DNA of 64,000 nucleotides. It comes from an uncultured Actinomycetota bacterium. GTDB taxonomy: Bacteria > Actinomycetota > Acidimicrobiia > Spongiisociales > UBA4744. Both the position numbers and the translations under genes were made by a program. This document shows, one piece after another, positions 9,253 through 17,927 of the stretch (position 1 is the stretch's first letter; each line of letters starts with the position of its first letter). The notes under the pieces are model-generated. The model worked only from the letters and a program-made list of their open reading frames with translations. It was not told the DNA's origin and did not search any database. The DNA is taken from positions 193,259-257,258 of the forward strand of contig CAVQVN010000002.1 in assembly GCA_963717135.1 (NCBI GenBank). Reading direction: 5' to 3'.

Positions 9253-10161
9253 TCAGCGTGTGAAGAACAACTGCAACTCGATTGGTCCATGGTCTTCGAC
9301 CGACAGGACGATGGCGGCGGAGGGAGCCTCAACGCCATAATCGGCGAAAACGATGTCTAGGGAGCCGACCACTACGATGACGTCGTCGACCAACTGGGCC
9401 TGGAGAGGAATCTCGACCGTGTTGGCGATGCCGTGAACGGTCAACTCGCCCGTGGCCACCACCGACACGGACTCCCCATCCCCGGGTATCCCGCCGAGAT
9501 CGACGGGTTCCGTGAGAACGAAGGTGCCCGTCGGGAATTGATCCGTGTCGAGCGCTCCCCGGATCTTGCTATCGCGGCGGCTGTCGTTGCTGACGATCGC
9601 AGTGAAGTCGGCTTCGAAACTCCCGCCCACCAGGGTGGTTCCCTCAATCTCGATGGTTCCGGACACTTTCGGGGTCCGTCCGACTGCCTCCGTGGCGCCG
9701 ATCGAGGCTAGTTCTTCAGCCACGCGAAACCCGACGAAGGAGCTGGTGGCGTCCTCAAATGAGAACGAGCCGATCGAGGAGTCGACGGTCCAGGTGCCGT
9801 CGATCCCGGCTCCTGGATCCGGGCCGGAGGGCTCGCCCGAGACCGGAGGAAGATCGTTAGAGGCTGCGGTCGTCGAAACTACGGCCGCGGCCGACCCCAG
9901 GTCGACGGCTTCCGGCTCGTCGCCTGATAGGAAAAACCACAGGCCGGCTCCGGCGGCCAACACTACGAGAGCGGCAACCGCCGCCAGCGCACCGCTGATG
10001 GCCGCGTGATCACTCCTGACTGAACGCCTCAATGTGATCTCCCCTTCTTTGCTGAATGTGTCCCGGTGAGCTGAGAATGATATGAGAAAGCCGCGAGTAC
10101 GTATGAGGCATACGGAAAAGAGGCGGATCTGGTTCTCAACCGCCGGTCTTGTTGGCCACAA
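9253..10161 (-). CDS. YceI-family protein with N-terminal membrane anchor
   Basis: TM 'ALAAVAALVVLAAGAGLWFF', then YceI-like beta-barrel region 'GTWTVDSSIGSFSFED...FVGFRV...TGELTVHGIANTVEIP'. Confidence 0.7.
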   Translation of the reverse strand: MWPTRPAVENQIRLFSVCLIRTRGFLISFSAHRDTFSKEGEITLRRSVRSDHAAISGALAAVAALVVLAAGAGLWFFLSGDEPEAVDLGSAAAVVSTTAASNDLPPVSGEPSGPDPGAGIDGTWTVDSSIGSFSFEDATSSFVGFRVAEELASIGATEAVGRTPKVSGTIEIEGTTLVGGSFEADFTAIVSNDSRRDSKIRGALDTDQFPTGTFVLTEPVDLGGIPGDGESVSVVATGELTVHGIANTVEIPLQAQLVDDVIVVVGSLDIVFADYGVEAPSAAIVLSVEDHGPIELQLFFTR

Positions 10162-11137
10162 ACTCGGCTACCGAGCTCATCGTGCGCCGGGTCGCCTCAT
10201 GATTGGGCAGCAGAGCCGGCCAGACGTGAAACATGTCGTCCTCGATCCGGAGAATCACATCTGCCCCGTCCGCCTTGGCCTTGTCGAACAGGCGATGAGA
10301 ATCGTCGAGGATCATCTCTCTTCCTCCCGCGAAAATGAGCATCGGGGCTACCCCGGAATAATCCCCGTACATCGGTGACGCCTCCGGATGCCGGGGATCG
10401 CTGTCACCCAGGTAGAAGATATTGGCCATGGCCGGGCCCATCGGCAGATAGTCGGTCAGCGCGTTCTTGTGGATCGACGCGGCAGTGTGCTCCAGGTCGG
10501 TGTAGGGCGAGAAGAGAACCGCTCCTGCTGGTTGGGGATGTCCGCCTTTCCGAAGTCTTTGCAGGAGAGCGCCGGCGAGACCACCACCCGCCGAGTCGCC
10601 CGCCACGATAAGCGTTTTCGGATCGGTCCCGGTCTCCAACAAACCGAGATAGGCAGCTTCGGCGTCGTCGACGGCGGCCGGGAACTTGTGTTGGGGCGCC
10701 AGGCGATATTCCGGGACGAAGGTAGTCGCCCTGGTGACCCAGGTCAGTCGCGCAACAAACCTTCGATAGGTAGCCGGACTACCAGCAAGATAGGCCCCGC
10801 CGTGCAGGTAGAGGATGGTCGGATCAAATTGACGGGCATGGTTGCGTCTGATCCACTCCCCGTGTATCCCCCCTACCGTCGCAGGCTCAAACGTCATCAC
10901 GTGTCGCAAGGATCGGGGCAAAGGTGGGTCGAGCCCGGCTTCCAGAGCTCGCCTGTCCGTTCGATCCCCGCCGCTCGCCGAAGCGACCAGGAATCCGCGA
11001 AGCGCCACCATCCGCAACTCCACCGACCACGACCAGGACGCTACCAACGGGCCGCGCGACAGTCGGTGAAAGACCTGCCGTCCCAAAGCAGTCAGAACGG
11101 CTACCAACAATTTGATGACGTAGCGCAGTCTCGACAT
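10136..11137 (-). CDS. Alpha/beta hydrolase (HSL/esterase fold-3 family)
   Basis: Oxyanion 'LYLHGGAY', nucleophile elbow 'GDSAGGGLA', catalytic 'DDMFHVW'. Confidence 0.8.
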   Translation of the reverse strand: MSRLRYVIKLLVAVLTALGRQVFHRLSRGPLVASWSWSVELRMVALRGFLVASASGGDRTDRRALEAGLDPPLPRSLRHVMTFEPATVGGIHGEWIRRNHARQFDPTILYLHGGAYLAGSPATYRRFVARLTWVTRATTFVPEYRLAPQHKFPAAVDDAEAAYLGLLETGTDPKTLIVAGDSAGGGLAGALLQRLRKGGHPQPAGAVLFSPYTDLEHTAASIHKNALTDYLPMGPAMANIFYLGDSDPRHPEASPMYGDYSGVAPMLIFAGGREMILDDSHRLFDKAKADGADVILRIEDDMFHVWPALLPNHEATRRTMSSVAEFVANKTGG

Positions 11138-11268
11138 TTCCGCCGAACGGTAGAGCGGAGAAGGTTCGAGACGAAATCGGGGTTTAGGGAACCCTTAACC
11201 TTCTCGCGAGGTTCCCGCAACCCTCCGCCGGTCATAGTTGACGTAGTACTCAACCGGAGGGACCACCG

Positions 11269-12096
11269 ATGAAACGTTTCCTAGCAGCGACCGCCTTCCT
11301 CGTAGTCGCCGTGGGCGTGATTGCGATCAGCAACAGCGCCTCGGCGAAGGACTCCATCCTGACCAGCTTCACCAGCAACTATCCGGCCACATCAGGGTCG
11401 GCCTTGGATAGCTGCTCGACCTGTCACACAAGCGTCCCGGCGCTCAATGCATACGGTTCGGCTCTCCGGACCGCGGGCCTCAACTTCGGCGCCATCGAGG
11501 GTCTCGACTCCGACGGAGACGGGTTCACGAATCTCCAAGAAATCCGCGCTCTGACCAACCCGGGTGTCGCCTCGAGCCGCCCGACCGCGCCGACTTCCAC
11601 CAGCACTACCAGCAGTACGACCAGTACCACCAGCGTCGTCACGTCGAGTACCTCCAGCACGACCAGTACGACGGCGGCTGCTGCTCCCCAACCTGCGACT
11701 GCCACCGCGACGCCTGCAGCGGGGCCATCGGGATCGACGGCCTTCGAAGTCAAAGGGGTCGGGACGGTGTGGCTTGCCATCGAAGACGGACGTCTGTTGG
11801 TCACCCGGGTAGACACAACCTGGCAATACAGCCAAGAGAGCGATGATGACGACGAAGACGGCCACGAGGTCGAGATCAAGTTCCGCTCCGGTAACGAAGA
11901 GGTCGAATTCGAGGCCGAGCTCGAAGACGGAGAGATCCGGACCAAGGTGGAGGTTGGATCGGCCGACGATCGGGATGACGACCGCGACCATGGCAATGAC
12001 GACGGGCGCAACGGTGATCACGATGACGACGACCACGGCGATGATCACGGCGATGATCACCATGGCGACGGCAAGGACGATCACGACGACGACTGA
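11269..12096 (+). CDS. Secreted modular protein with an N-terminal CxxCH module and Ca-binding-like DSDGDG loop, Ser/Thr-rich linker, PepSY-like domain and Asp/His-rich tail
   Basis: Signal peptide 'MKRFLAATAFLVVAVGVIAISNSASA'; 'DSCSTCHTSVPALNAYGSAL'; 'GLDSDGDGFTNLQE'; ~45-aa S/T linker; tail 'DDRDDDRDHGNDDGRNGDHDDDDHGDDHGDDHHGDGKDDHDDD' encoded by 12-nt tandem repeats. Confidence 0.7.
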   Translation: MKRFLAATAFLVVAVGVIAISNSASAKDSILTSFTSNYPATSGSALDSCSTCHTSVPALNAYGSALRTAGLNFGAIEGLDSDGDGFTNLQEIRALTNPGVASSRPTAPTSTSTTSSTTSTTSVVTSSTSSTTSTTAAAAPQPATATATPAAGPSGSTAFEVKGVGTVWLAIEDGRLLVTRVDTTWQYSQESDDDDEDGHEVEIKFRSGNEEVEFEAELEDGEIRTKVEVGSADDRDDDRDHGNDDGRNGDHDDDDHGDDHGDDHHGDGKDDHDDD

Positions 12097-12118
12097 CTTG
12101 TCACTTCGAGACCGATTT

Positions 12119-12144
12119 GAGTGGGGGCCTGAGGGCCCCCACTC
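12119..12144. terminator. Perfect 11-bp GC hairpin (GAGTGGGGGCC-tgag-GGCCCCCACTC) between two convergent genes; likely bidirectional terminator
   Basis: Seen in sequence 23 nt after the 11269..12096 stop; no U-tract (common in high-GC genomes). Confidence 0.5.
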
Positions 12145-12365
12145 CGCGTGCGTGGGGTTGCCCTACCCCAGACCATCCGACTTCTGATCCATGGTCCGCG
12201 TGGTCGATGCATTCTGCCGCCGGTGCGGCGTAGTTCGGGGACGGCCTGCGACCTGTACGCCCTGGGTCGAAATGTCACCAACGTCCTGGCCGGATACGCC
12301 TAATGGGTCACGAATGCGATCGGGAGATTCGCGGCGGTGGGATGAGGTCCAGCGGCCACCCGTGG

Positions 12366-13601
12366 CTAAGGCGAGACCGGTTCCAGGGCCGGCAATCCGA
12401 TATATGCCAGTCGGATCAAATCGTCGCCTGATTGCGCGTCGCTGTTGGCCATCACAACGATCGCACAATCATGTTCAACCGAGTAGATGACACCCGCCAC
12501 ATGTCCGGAGCTGTGACCGAAGTGGCCCAGGAACTCCATGCCACTTGGTCTTACTCGCATGATTCCTAGGCCGAATTGGGCCTCTGAACCATTCCCCGAA
12601 TAGACGCTCATCGTGTCCATGGTTGCGGGATCATCAAACAACTGCCCATTGAAAAGTGCCCACGCGAAAGTGATCAAGTCGGGCGCAGTCGAGACCATGC
12701 CGCCCGTCATCCAGGTAGTCCGGAAATATCGCTCGGCAAACTCGGCATCCACACGCGTCAACACGGGGTGCTGATTGATGAACCCGCCGGAACCATCCAG
12801 AGCCACAAAGTCACTGTAGGTGGGCAGGATGTCACCAATGGGGTCCTCATATGTTGCGAGATACGTGTGATCCAGACCAAGCGGATCGAGGATACGGCTG
12901 CGAATGACCGACTCAGCAGGTTGACCGGTGGCATCTTCAATCAATAGACCCAGGATGAGGTAGTTGGTATTCGAATAGGAGAAGCGCCCGGGCGTCTGCT
13001 CCAGAGAGTGATCGCGGATCATCGTTTCGGCGATCACTTGGGGGTCGAACGGCTCTCCATCGCCCCACAATGCCTGTCGCATCGCCGGTATCGTTCCGAA
13101 GTATCGGATCCCGGACTTATGGGCAAGGAGATGCCGTACGGTGATCTGATCGCCATACGGTTTTTCCAGAACCTCGGGAAACCAAATCGACAACGGATCA
13201 TCCAGGTTGATCAACCCTTCCTCCACCAACTGCATCACCACCGTCGCAACAAACATCTTCGTGATGCTCCCCGTGTAGAAGGGCCTATCTGCTTGCATCG
13301 GAATCTCTTCCTCGCGATCTGCCCAACCAGATGTTGCGACGATTGTCTCTTCCGGGGTATCTACCCACAGCATCAATCCGGGAGCCGGCCAATCCAGCAA
13401 TGCCTCATCAAGTGCCGCCTGGATGCGAACCGCGGGGGGGAAGGTTGTCGTGGTAACCGGGAGAAATGTCGTGGTCGTTTCCAAAACAGCAGAAGTCATC
13501 GTCAGGGTGCTGGGAACGGCCGGCTCAGGAGAGCCTGCCGCAGTGCAGGCCGCGGCCAAAAGAGCGGTGGACACCATCAACGGATAGACGAATCTCCTCA
13601 T
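12366..13601 (-). CDS. Secreted serine hydrolase of the beta-lactamase/PBP (class C-like) family, lipoprotein
   Basis: SxxK 'FYTGSITKMFVA'. Start moved to internal ATG giving 'MRRFVYPLMVSTALLAAACTAAGS' (signal plus lipobox); the track's 80-aa N-terminal extension is an artefact. Confidence 0.8.
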   Translation of the reverse strand: MRRFVYPLMVSTALLAAACTAAGSPEPAVPSTLTMTSAVLETTTTFLPVTTTTFPPAVRIQAALDEALLDWPAPGLMLWVDTPEETIVATSGWADREEEIPMQADRPFYTGSITKMFVATVVMQLVEEGLINLDDPLSIWFPEVLEKPYGDQITVRHLLAHKSGIRYFGTIPAMRQALWGDGEPFDPQVIAETMIRDHSLEQTPGRFSYSNTNYLILGLLIEDATGQPAESVIRSRILDPLGLDHTYLATYEDPIGDILPTYSDFVALDGSGGFINQHPVLTRVDAEFAERYFRTTWMTGGMVSTAPDLITFAWALFNGQLFDDPATMDTMSVYSGNGSEAQFGLGIMRVRPSGMEFLGHFGHSSGHVAGVIYSVEHDCAIVVMANSDAQSGDDLIRLAYIGLPALEPVSP

Positions 13602-13614
13602 GGGCCTGACGGCG

Positions 13615-13851
13615 TCAATTCCAAGGAGCACAAGCAATACCCGTCTCTTCGCGGGCCGCGAAGCCCAGTGCGAGTGAGCCCGTACCGGCGCCAAGATCGA
13701 GGGCGCGTTGGCCCGGTTCGATCCAACGGCTGTGAAACAGGCGATTGAAAAAAACGTTCGGGGAGCCCGGGCGATAGCGTTGGCAGTACACGACCGTGTG
13801 ACCAACGGCGGGCCGGACTCCATGGTCCTTGACTGCCCCACAATCGCTCAC
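13615..13851 (-). pseudogene. 78-aa ORF ending in a canonical class-I methyltransferase motif I ('RWIEPGQRALDLGAGTGSLALGFAA') then a stop; likely a truncated SAM-MTase remnant
   Basis: Motif I sits at the C-terminus of a very short ORF that ends 14 nt before the next gene. Confidence 0.3.
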
Positions 13852-13910
13852 GAAACAAGGCTAATCGCGGGTCCCATCTTTGCCGGGCGGCGGCGCAGTC
13901 AGATGAAAGT

Positions 13911-14477
13911 TCAGTCGATCTCTTCGATCGTCCAGATCATCCACGAACCCTGCTCTTCGGACCATGACATCACCAGTCGCCAGGTCGTCTCCGAAGGCGA
14001 TCCCTCGCCGCGAGTGGCGGTCACAGATCCCTCGATGGTGGCAAAACTCGAAGTCCGCATCTCGATGTGAGGATCCTTCATGAGAAGTGCGTAGGCCGGG
14101 CCGCCTGAAGGAGCAGCCACGATCTCCAAAGCCATGTCCTGGAGGAGGGGCAGCTGGGGGCTCGATGGGTGGAACATCTCGCCAAGAATCTGCAGGTCAC
14201 CGGACGTTGCAAAGCCTCCCCAAGCGTCGAGGGCCGCATCGCCGGCAGGCCGGATGGCCTCGAAGGGATGGGTCTCCGCCAACGTGAGGGCTGCAGTAGT
14301 TGGGCCCACCGTCGGCGCCGGGAGGGTCGGTTCGGCCTCTATCCGGGCCCACGTCGGCGCCGGACCTCTTGGCGGGGCACCATTCCCGATCAGCGATGCA
14401 ATCAGCGCAATGACCAGTCCTGCTGCTACGACGCCACCGGCGATCAGACGGGTCCTCGGGGTGGGGTTGCTCGTCAT
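13911..14477 (-). CDS. Hypothetical membrane-anchored protein, last gene of the tad operon
   Basis: N-terminal TM 'LIAGGVVAAGLVIALIASLIG'; 8-nt gap from the upstream tadE-like gene; no recognised domain. Confidence 0.55.
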   Translation of the reverse strand: MTSNPTPRTRLIAGGVVAAGLVIALIASLIGNGAPPRGPAPTWARIEAEPTLPAPTVGPTTAALTLAETHPFEAIRPAGDAALDAWGGFATSGDLQILGEMFHPSSPQLPLLQDMALEIVAAPSGGPAYALLMKDPHIEMRTSSFATIEGSVTATRGEGSPSETTWRLVMSWSEEQGSWMIWTIEEID

Positions 14478-14484
14478 CTAGCCC

Positions 14485-14943
14485 TCATCGCGAGGCGATG
14501 CGGGCGGTCGAGGAGGCAGCCACCTCGATCGGTGATGTATCCACCTCAGGATTGAGCCCGGTAAACACTCTGAGGAGAGTGAGATTGACATCGCGTCGCA
14601 TGGTCACCGACACAAAGTCCGCCCCCACCACGATGTCGGCATCAGGTCCGGGACAGAGACTCACCCCACCGTTGGTCTGCAGGTACCGACACGCCCTCGC
14701 CAATGCCTGAATCGGCTCAAGTTGAACGGTAGGCGGATTGCTCCGCAGGGCTTCGGTGTCGACGGCCCCGGTCGCGGATACGGCGGCACCGTCTACAACA
14801 CCGGCCACTGCGCGATGTTCGGCAACCAAATGCCACAGATCTACGGATATCGCCCCGACGGCCACAACGAGAACCACCAACATGAGCATGAAGTTGACAC
14901 TCGTGAACCCTCGTTCGCTCTGGACTGGCGGAAGAACGCTCAT
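14485..14943 (-). CDS. TadE/TadG-like pilus assembly (pseudopilin-like) protein
   Basis: N-terminal 'SERGFTSVNFMLMLVVLVVAVGAISVDLW' TadE-type hydrophobic segment; translationally coupled. Confidence 0.6.
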   Translation of the reverse strand: MSVLPPVQSERGFTSVNFMLMLVVLVVAVGAISVDLWHLVAEHRAVAGVVDGAAVSATGAVDTEALRSNPPTVQLEPIQALARACRYLQTNGGVSLCPGPDADIVVGADFVSVTMRRDVNLTLLRVFTGLNPEVDTSPIEVAASSTARIASR

Positions 14944-15380
14944 GGGAAACTCCGGAAGTCGTCAACATGCTCAGAGTGACTGGTGTGCCACCAGACTTCT
15001 GCAACCGAGCCGACCCCGGGGACGGTCAAAGCCGGGACCCGTATCCGAATCTCCACGACGACGTCCGAGCCACGTCCCAAAACTGCGCCTTCGGGTTCCA
15101 TTCGAATCGATACCAGATCCCAATCGTCGTCGCCCAGTCCGTAGTTGGCCACTATGGCCTCGGCAACCTGCGCAGCTGCTTGTGCTCCGCTTTCAAAATC
15201 GTCGGCCAGCACCATGCTCCTGGCGGCTTCCTGGCTGATCTCCCTGCCCATCGTTTGCCTGGCCAGCCATGGCGCGATCGAGCCGACAATCATCACCATG
15301 GGCAGCAACAGCAGCCCGAGCGCCACCGCCCACTCAGCCGCTACGAAGCCTCGCTCGGAGGAGCCGGCGTTCGTGCTCAT
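14940..15380 (-). CDS. TadE-like protein
   Basis: 'MSTNAGSSERGFVAAEWAVALGLLLLPMVMIV'; internal ATG overlaps the upstream stop as ATGA. Confidence 0.6.
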   Translation of the reverse strand: MSTNAGSSERGFVAAEWAVALGLLLLPMVMIVGSIAPWLARQTMGREISQEAARSMVLADDFESGAQAAAQVAEAIVANYGLGDDDWDLVSIRMEPEGAVLGRGSDVVVEIRIRVPALTVPGVGSVAEVWWHTSHSEHVDDFRSFP

Positions 15381-15784
15381 GGCCCCTCGGAGAACGTCTC
15401 GACTACCGCTCGTCCCACTACTTCGAATCCCAGATCGGGCAATCCACCGATCCACCACCTCGACGAGCCGGTGGCGGTGGCCACCATCTCCGTTCCGTCT
15501 ATTCCACACTCGATGTCGATGCCTTCGCCCAGCCGACCCCTGAGCAGACCCGAGTGATCGCCCCGCAGAATCGAATTAGCCAGGGTTTCGCAGTCTTCCT
15601 CTGTGTTTGACGCAGCCGCACCGTGGCGAGCTGCTTCATCGATTGCCACCCTGACCGCCCCGAGTTGGTACTGCATAGCCACCAAGTTCACTACCCCGGC
15701 GAAGACGAGCATGGTGAAGAAGGCCATAACGGCAAACTGCAGGGAGGTGAAGCCCAAATCGTTATCACTGAGTATGGAGGTCAC
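15377..15784 (-). CDS. TadE-like protein
   Basis: 'LGFTSLQFAVMAFFTMLVFAGVVNL' N-terminal hydrophobic segment, small size, operon context. Confidence 0.55.
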   Translation of the reverse strand: MTSILSDNDLGFTSLQFAVMAFFTMLVFAGVVNLVAMQYQLGAVRVAIDEAARHGAAASNTEEDCETLANSILRGDHSGLLRGRLGEGIDIECGIDGTEMVATATGSSRWWIGGLPDLGFEVVGRAVVETFSEGP

Positions 15785-15790
15785 AGTCGC

Positions 15791-16003
15791 TCAACTACTG
15801 GCAGGTATCCCGAATTGGTCACGGAGCCAGTTGATCACGTCCACTCCCAGGACCTGGAGAACCGCCAGGATTGCTGCCAGGACGATGATCCCCACGGCGG
15901 CAATGGCGATCGCCTCTGCGGTTTGAAACCCGCGGTCCTCGTCCCCCATCCTCGCCAGCGCGGCGGACAGCATCACGGTCAGTTCCTTCAATGTCTGCGT
16001 CAT
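15791..16003 (-). CDS. flp: Flp/Fap-family type IVb pilin
   Basis: 70 aa; leader then 'G|FQTAEAIAIAAVGIIVLAAILAV' (Flp G/xxTAxE processing motif plus hydrophobic helix); strong SD GGAGAAAGGGGAAGGA. Confidence 0.75.
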   Translation of the reverse strand: MTQTLKELTVMLSAALARMGDEDRGFQTAEAIAIAAVGIIVLAAILAVLQVLGVDVINWLRDQFGIPASS

Positions 16004-16056
16004 TCCTTCCCCTTTCTCCGGTTATCGATCGAAACCGTCGGTAATCTCTCAGTTCC

Positions 16057-17025
16057 TCACCCTCCCAGCCCCCTGAAGATGATCCAGGGAAGCGGCGCTC
16101 CGACAAAAAGAATCATGATTGGTGCGATGAGGCCCACGATGGGAATCAACATGGCCGCCCGCCGCTTGGTCGCCAGCCTTCGCAACGCCTCGCGACGGTC
16201 CTCCCGGATTTCTTCGCTCATCGCCAGGAGAGTGTCGGCCAGATCGGACCCCCTCTCCTCGGAGCTGGAGAGGAGTTGATACATCCGGGAGGCGTGGGGT
16301 TCCGGCGTCAAGTCTGCCAGGCGCCAGAATGCCTTGGGGGCGGGCATGCCTCCCTGAATCAGTCGCATGGCCTCTCGAAGCTCGTCGATCACGGCGCCTC
16401 GGCCTTTGGTGACGATCTGGCGAACCGCGGAGATCACTCCGCCGCCGATTCGAACCCGCAGGGCCAGCTGCTGGTTGATCGTGTACAACTCGATCTCCAT
16501 TCGCGCTCGGCGAATCTCGATCGCCCGGTCAATTCGGCCCCGCCAGTAGGCAGCTCCGCCCACGAAACCGGTAATCGCCAGGATCAAGACCATCAACGTT
16601 GGCCGGGCGAGCAGCAAACCCATTACGCCTGCTCCAATCGCCGCGACGCTCGCAGTCGCGAACTGTCGCATCCGGTACTCCTGAACCCGTTGGGACTCGT
16701 TCGTGCCGGTGAACAAGCCCGCCTGGCGAATCTTCAACGCCAGCTGCTCCTCGCTGGTTGCCTCAAGGAACCGGCCGACGCGTTGGGAGATTTCGACCAG
16801 CGGTGGCCCGAGGAGTCGACCGAGCGCCGTCCGGGCTGTGGTGCCATCACCAGATCCCCATCGAAGTGCTGAAGTGCTGCTGCCCAGCACACTCCGACTG
16901 ACCACCGTGTAGCGGTGCAACCTGCCGCTCAGCCGCACAGGTGGACGCACTATGAGGTGAACGCCCGCCGCCACCGCGATGCCGGCAAGGCCGGCTGCCG
17001 CCAGCACGTGAAGCACGTCGCTCAT
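16057..17025 (-). CDS. tadC: Tad pilus inner-membrane platform protein TadC (T2SS-F family)
   Basis: T2SSF-like multi-TM protein; overlaps tadB. Confidence 0.8.
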   Translation of the reverse strand: MSDVLHVLAAAGLAGIAVAAGVHLIVRPPVRLSGRLHRYTVVSRSVLGSSTSALRWGSGDGTTARTALGRLLGPPLVEISQRVGRFLEATSEEQLALKIRQAGLFTGTNESQRVQEYRMRQFATASVAAIGAGVMGLLLARPTLMVLILAITGFVGGAAYWRGRIDRAIEIRRARMEIELYTINQQLALRVRIGGGVISAVRQIVTKGRGAVIDELREAMRLIQGGMPAPKAFWRLADLTPEPHASRMYQLLSSSEERGSDLADTLLAMSEEIREDRREALRRLATKRRAAMLIPIVGLIAPIMILFVGAPLPWIIFRGLGG

Positions 17026-17927
17026 GAACGGACTCCTGGGTGGCGAGTTCCGGCAGCCGATGAACCTAGAACCCTGGGCTCAATCGGGTCGCGGCTCAAA
17101 CGGGCTATGAGCCATGCTCCAAACAAGCTGATCAGGGCACCGACGACCACGACGATCACTCCTGCGGCCGACTCATAAAAATCCCGAAAGGGTCCCGGCC
17201 TCGAGGTCAGAAGCAAGAGCACCAGCCAGGGAACCACGAATACGATCCGTCCGTTGATACGTTGTTCGAGAGCATTGGTGCGGATCTCCTCCACCGTCCG
17301 CAGATCCCTGGTAGTCGCATCGGCCAGATCGGCCAGTACTTCGGGGACTATCGACCCCCCGCGCTCGTAGGCCACCAGGAGAATCTCGATTACCCGGTCC
17401 GAGGTGGGATCGGCCAGATCCTCGCGAATCAGAGCCAGCGACGCGTCAACACCGAGCGTTCTCGATAGTGCCGGGAATCTCGCAAAGGCGAACCGCAATG
17501 GCGCAGGCCCCGTCCGAGCCAGTTCATCGAGAGCCCCGGATACACTCATTCCTGTTCGCACAGAAGCGACGATATGCCGAAGCCCATCCGGCCAGGCTTC
17601 GTGAACCTCGCTCAACCTTCGAATCCGTCTGCGAGCGAAGTACCACCGGGGCAGGACCGCGATTGCCACCGCCGGGGGCAGGGAAACCCAGGGTACCCCG
17701 GTGAGGACCATCCCGACGAGGAAGGCAAACGCCCCCAGGAGAGTCGACCAGAGCAGGAACTGGCCGGGGGACAGCTGCGCTCCGGCTTGCATCAGCCAGA
17801 CCTGTCTTTCGCTGATTCCGGGGCGTTCCCGGTCGGTTCGCCAATTCAGATTGGGTGCGAAACCTGTGATGTAACCGACTGCCAGGTAGGCAGAAATCGC
17901 TGCCAGCGACGCGGCAAGCAACCTCAT
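17022..17927 (-). CDS. tadB: Tad pilus inner-membrane platform protein TadB (T2SS-F family)
   Basis: T2SSF-like; overlaps cpaF. Confidence 0.8.
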   Translation of the reverse strand: MRLLAASLAAISAYLAVGYITGFAPNLNWRTDRERPGISERQVWLMQAGAQLSPGQFLLWSTLLGAFAFLVGMVLTGVPWVSLPPAVAIAVLPRWYFARRRIRRLSEVHEAWPDGLRHIVASVRTGMSVSGALDELARTGPAPLRFAFARFPALSRTLGVDASLALIREDLADPTSDRVIEILLVAYERGGSIVPEVLADLADATTRDLRTVEEIRTNALEQRINGRIVFVVPWLVLLLLTSRPGPFRDFYESAAGVIVVVVGALISLFGAWLIARLSRDPIEPRVLGSSAAGTRHPGVRS

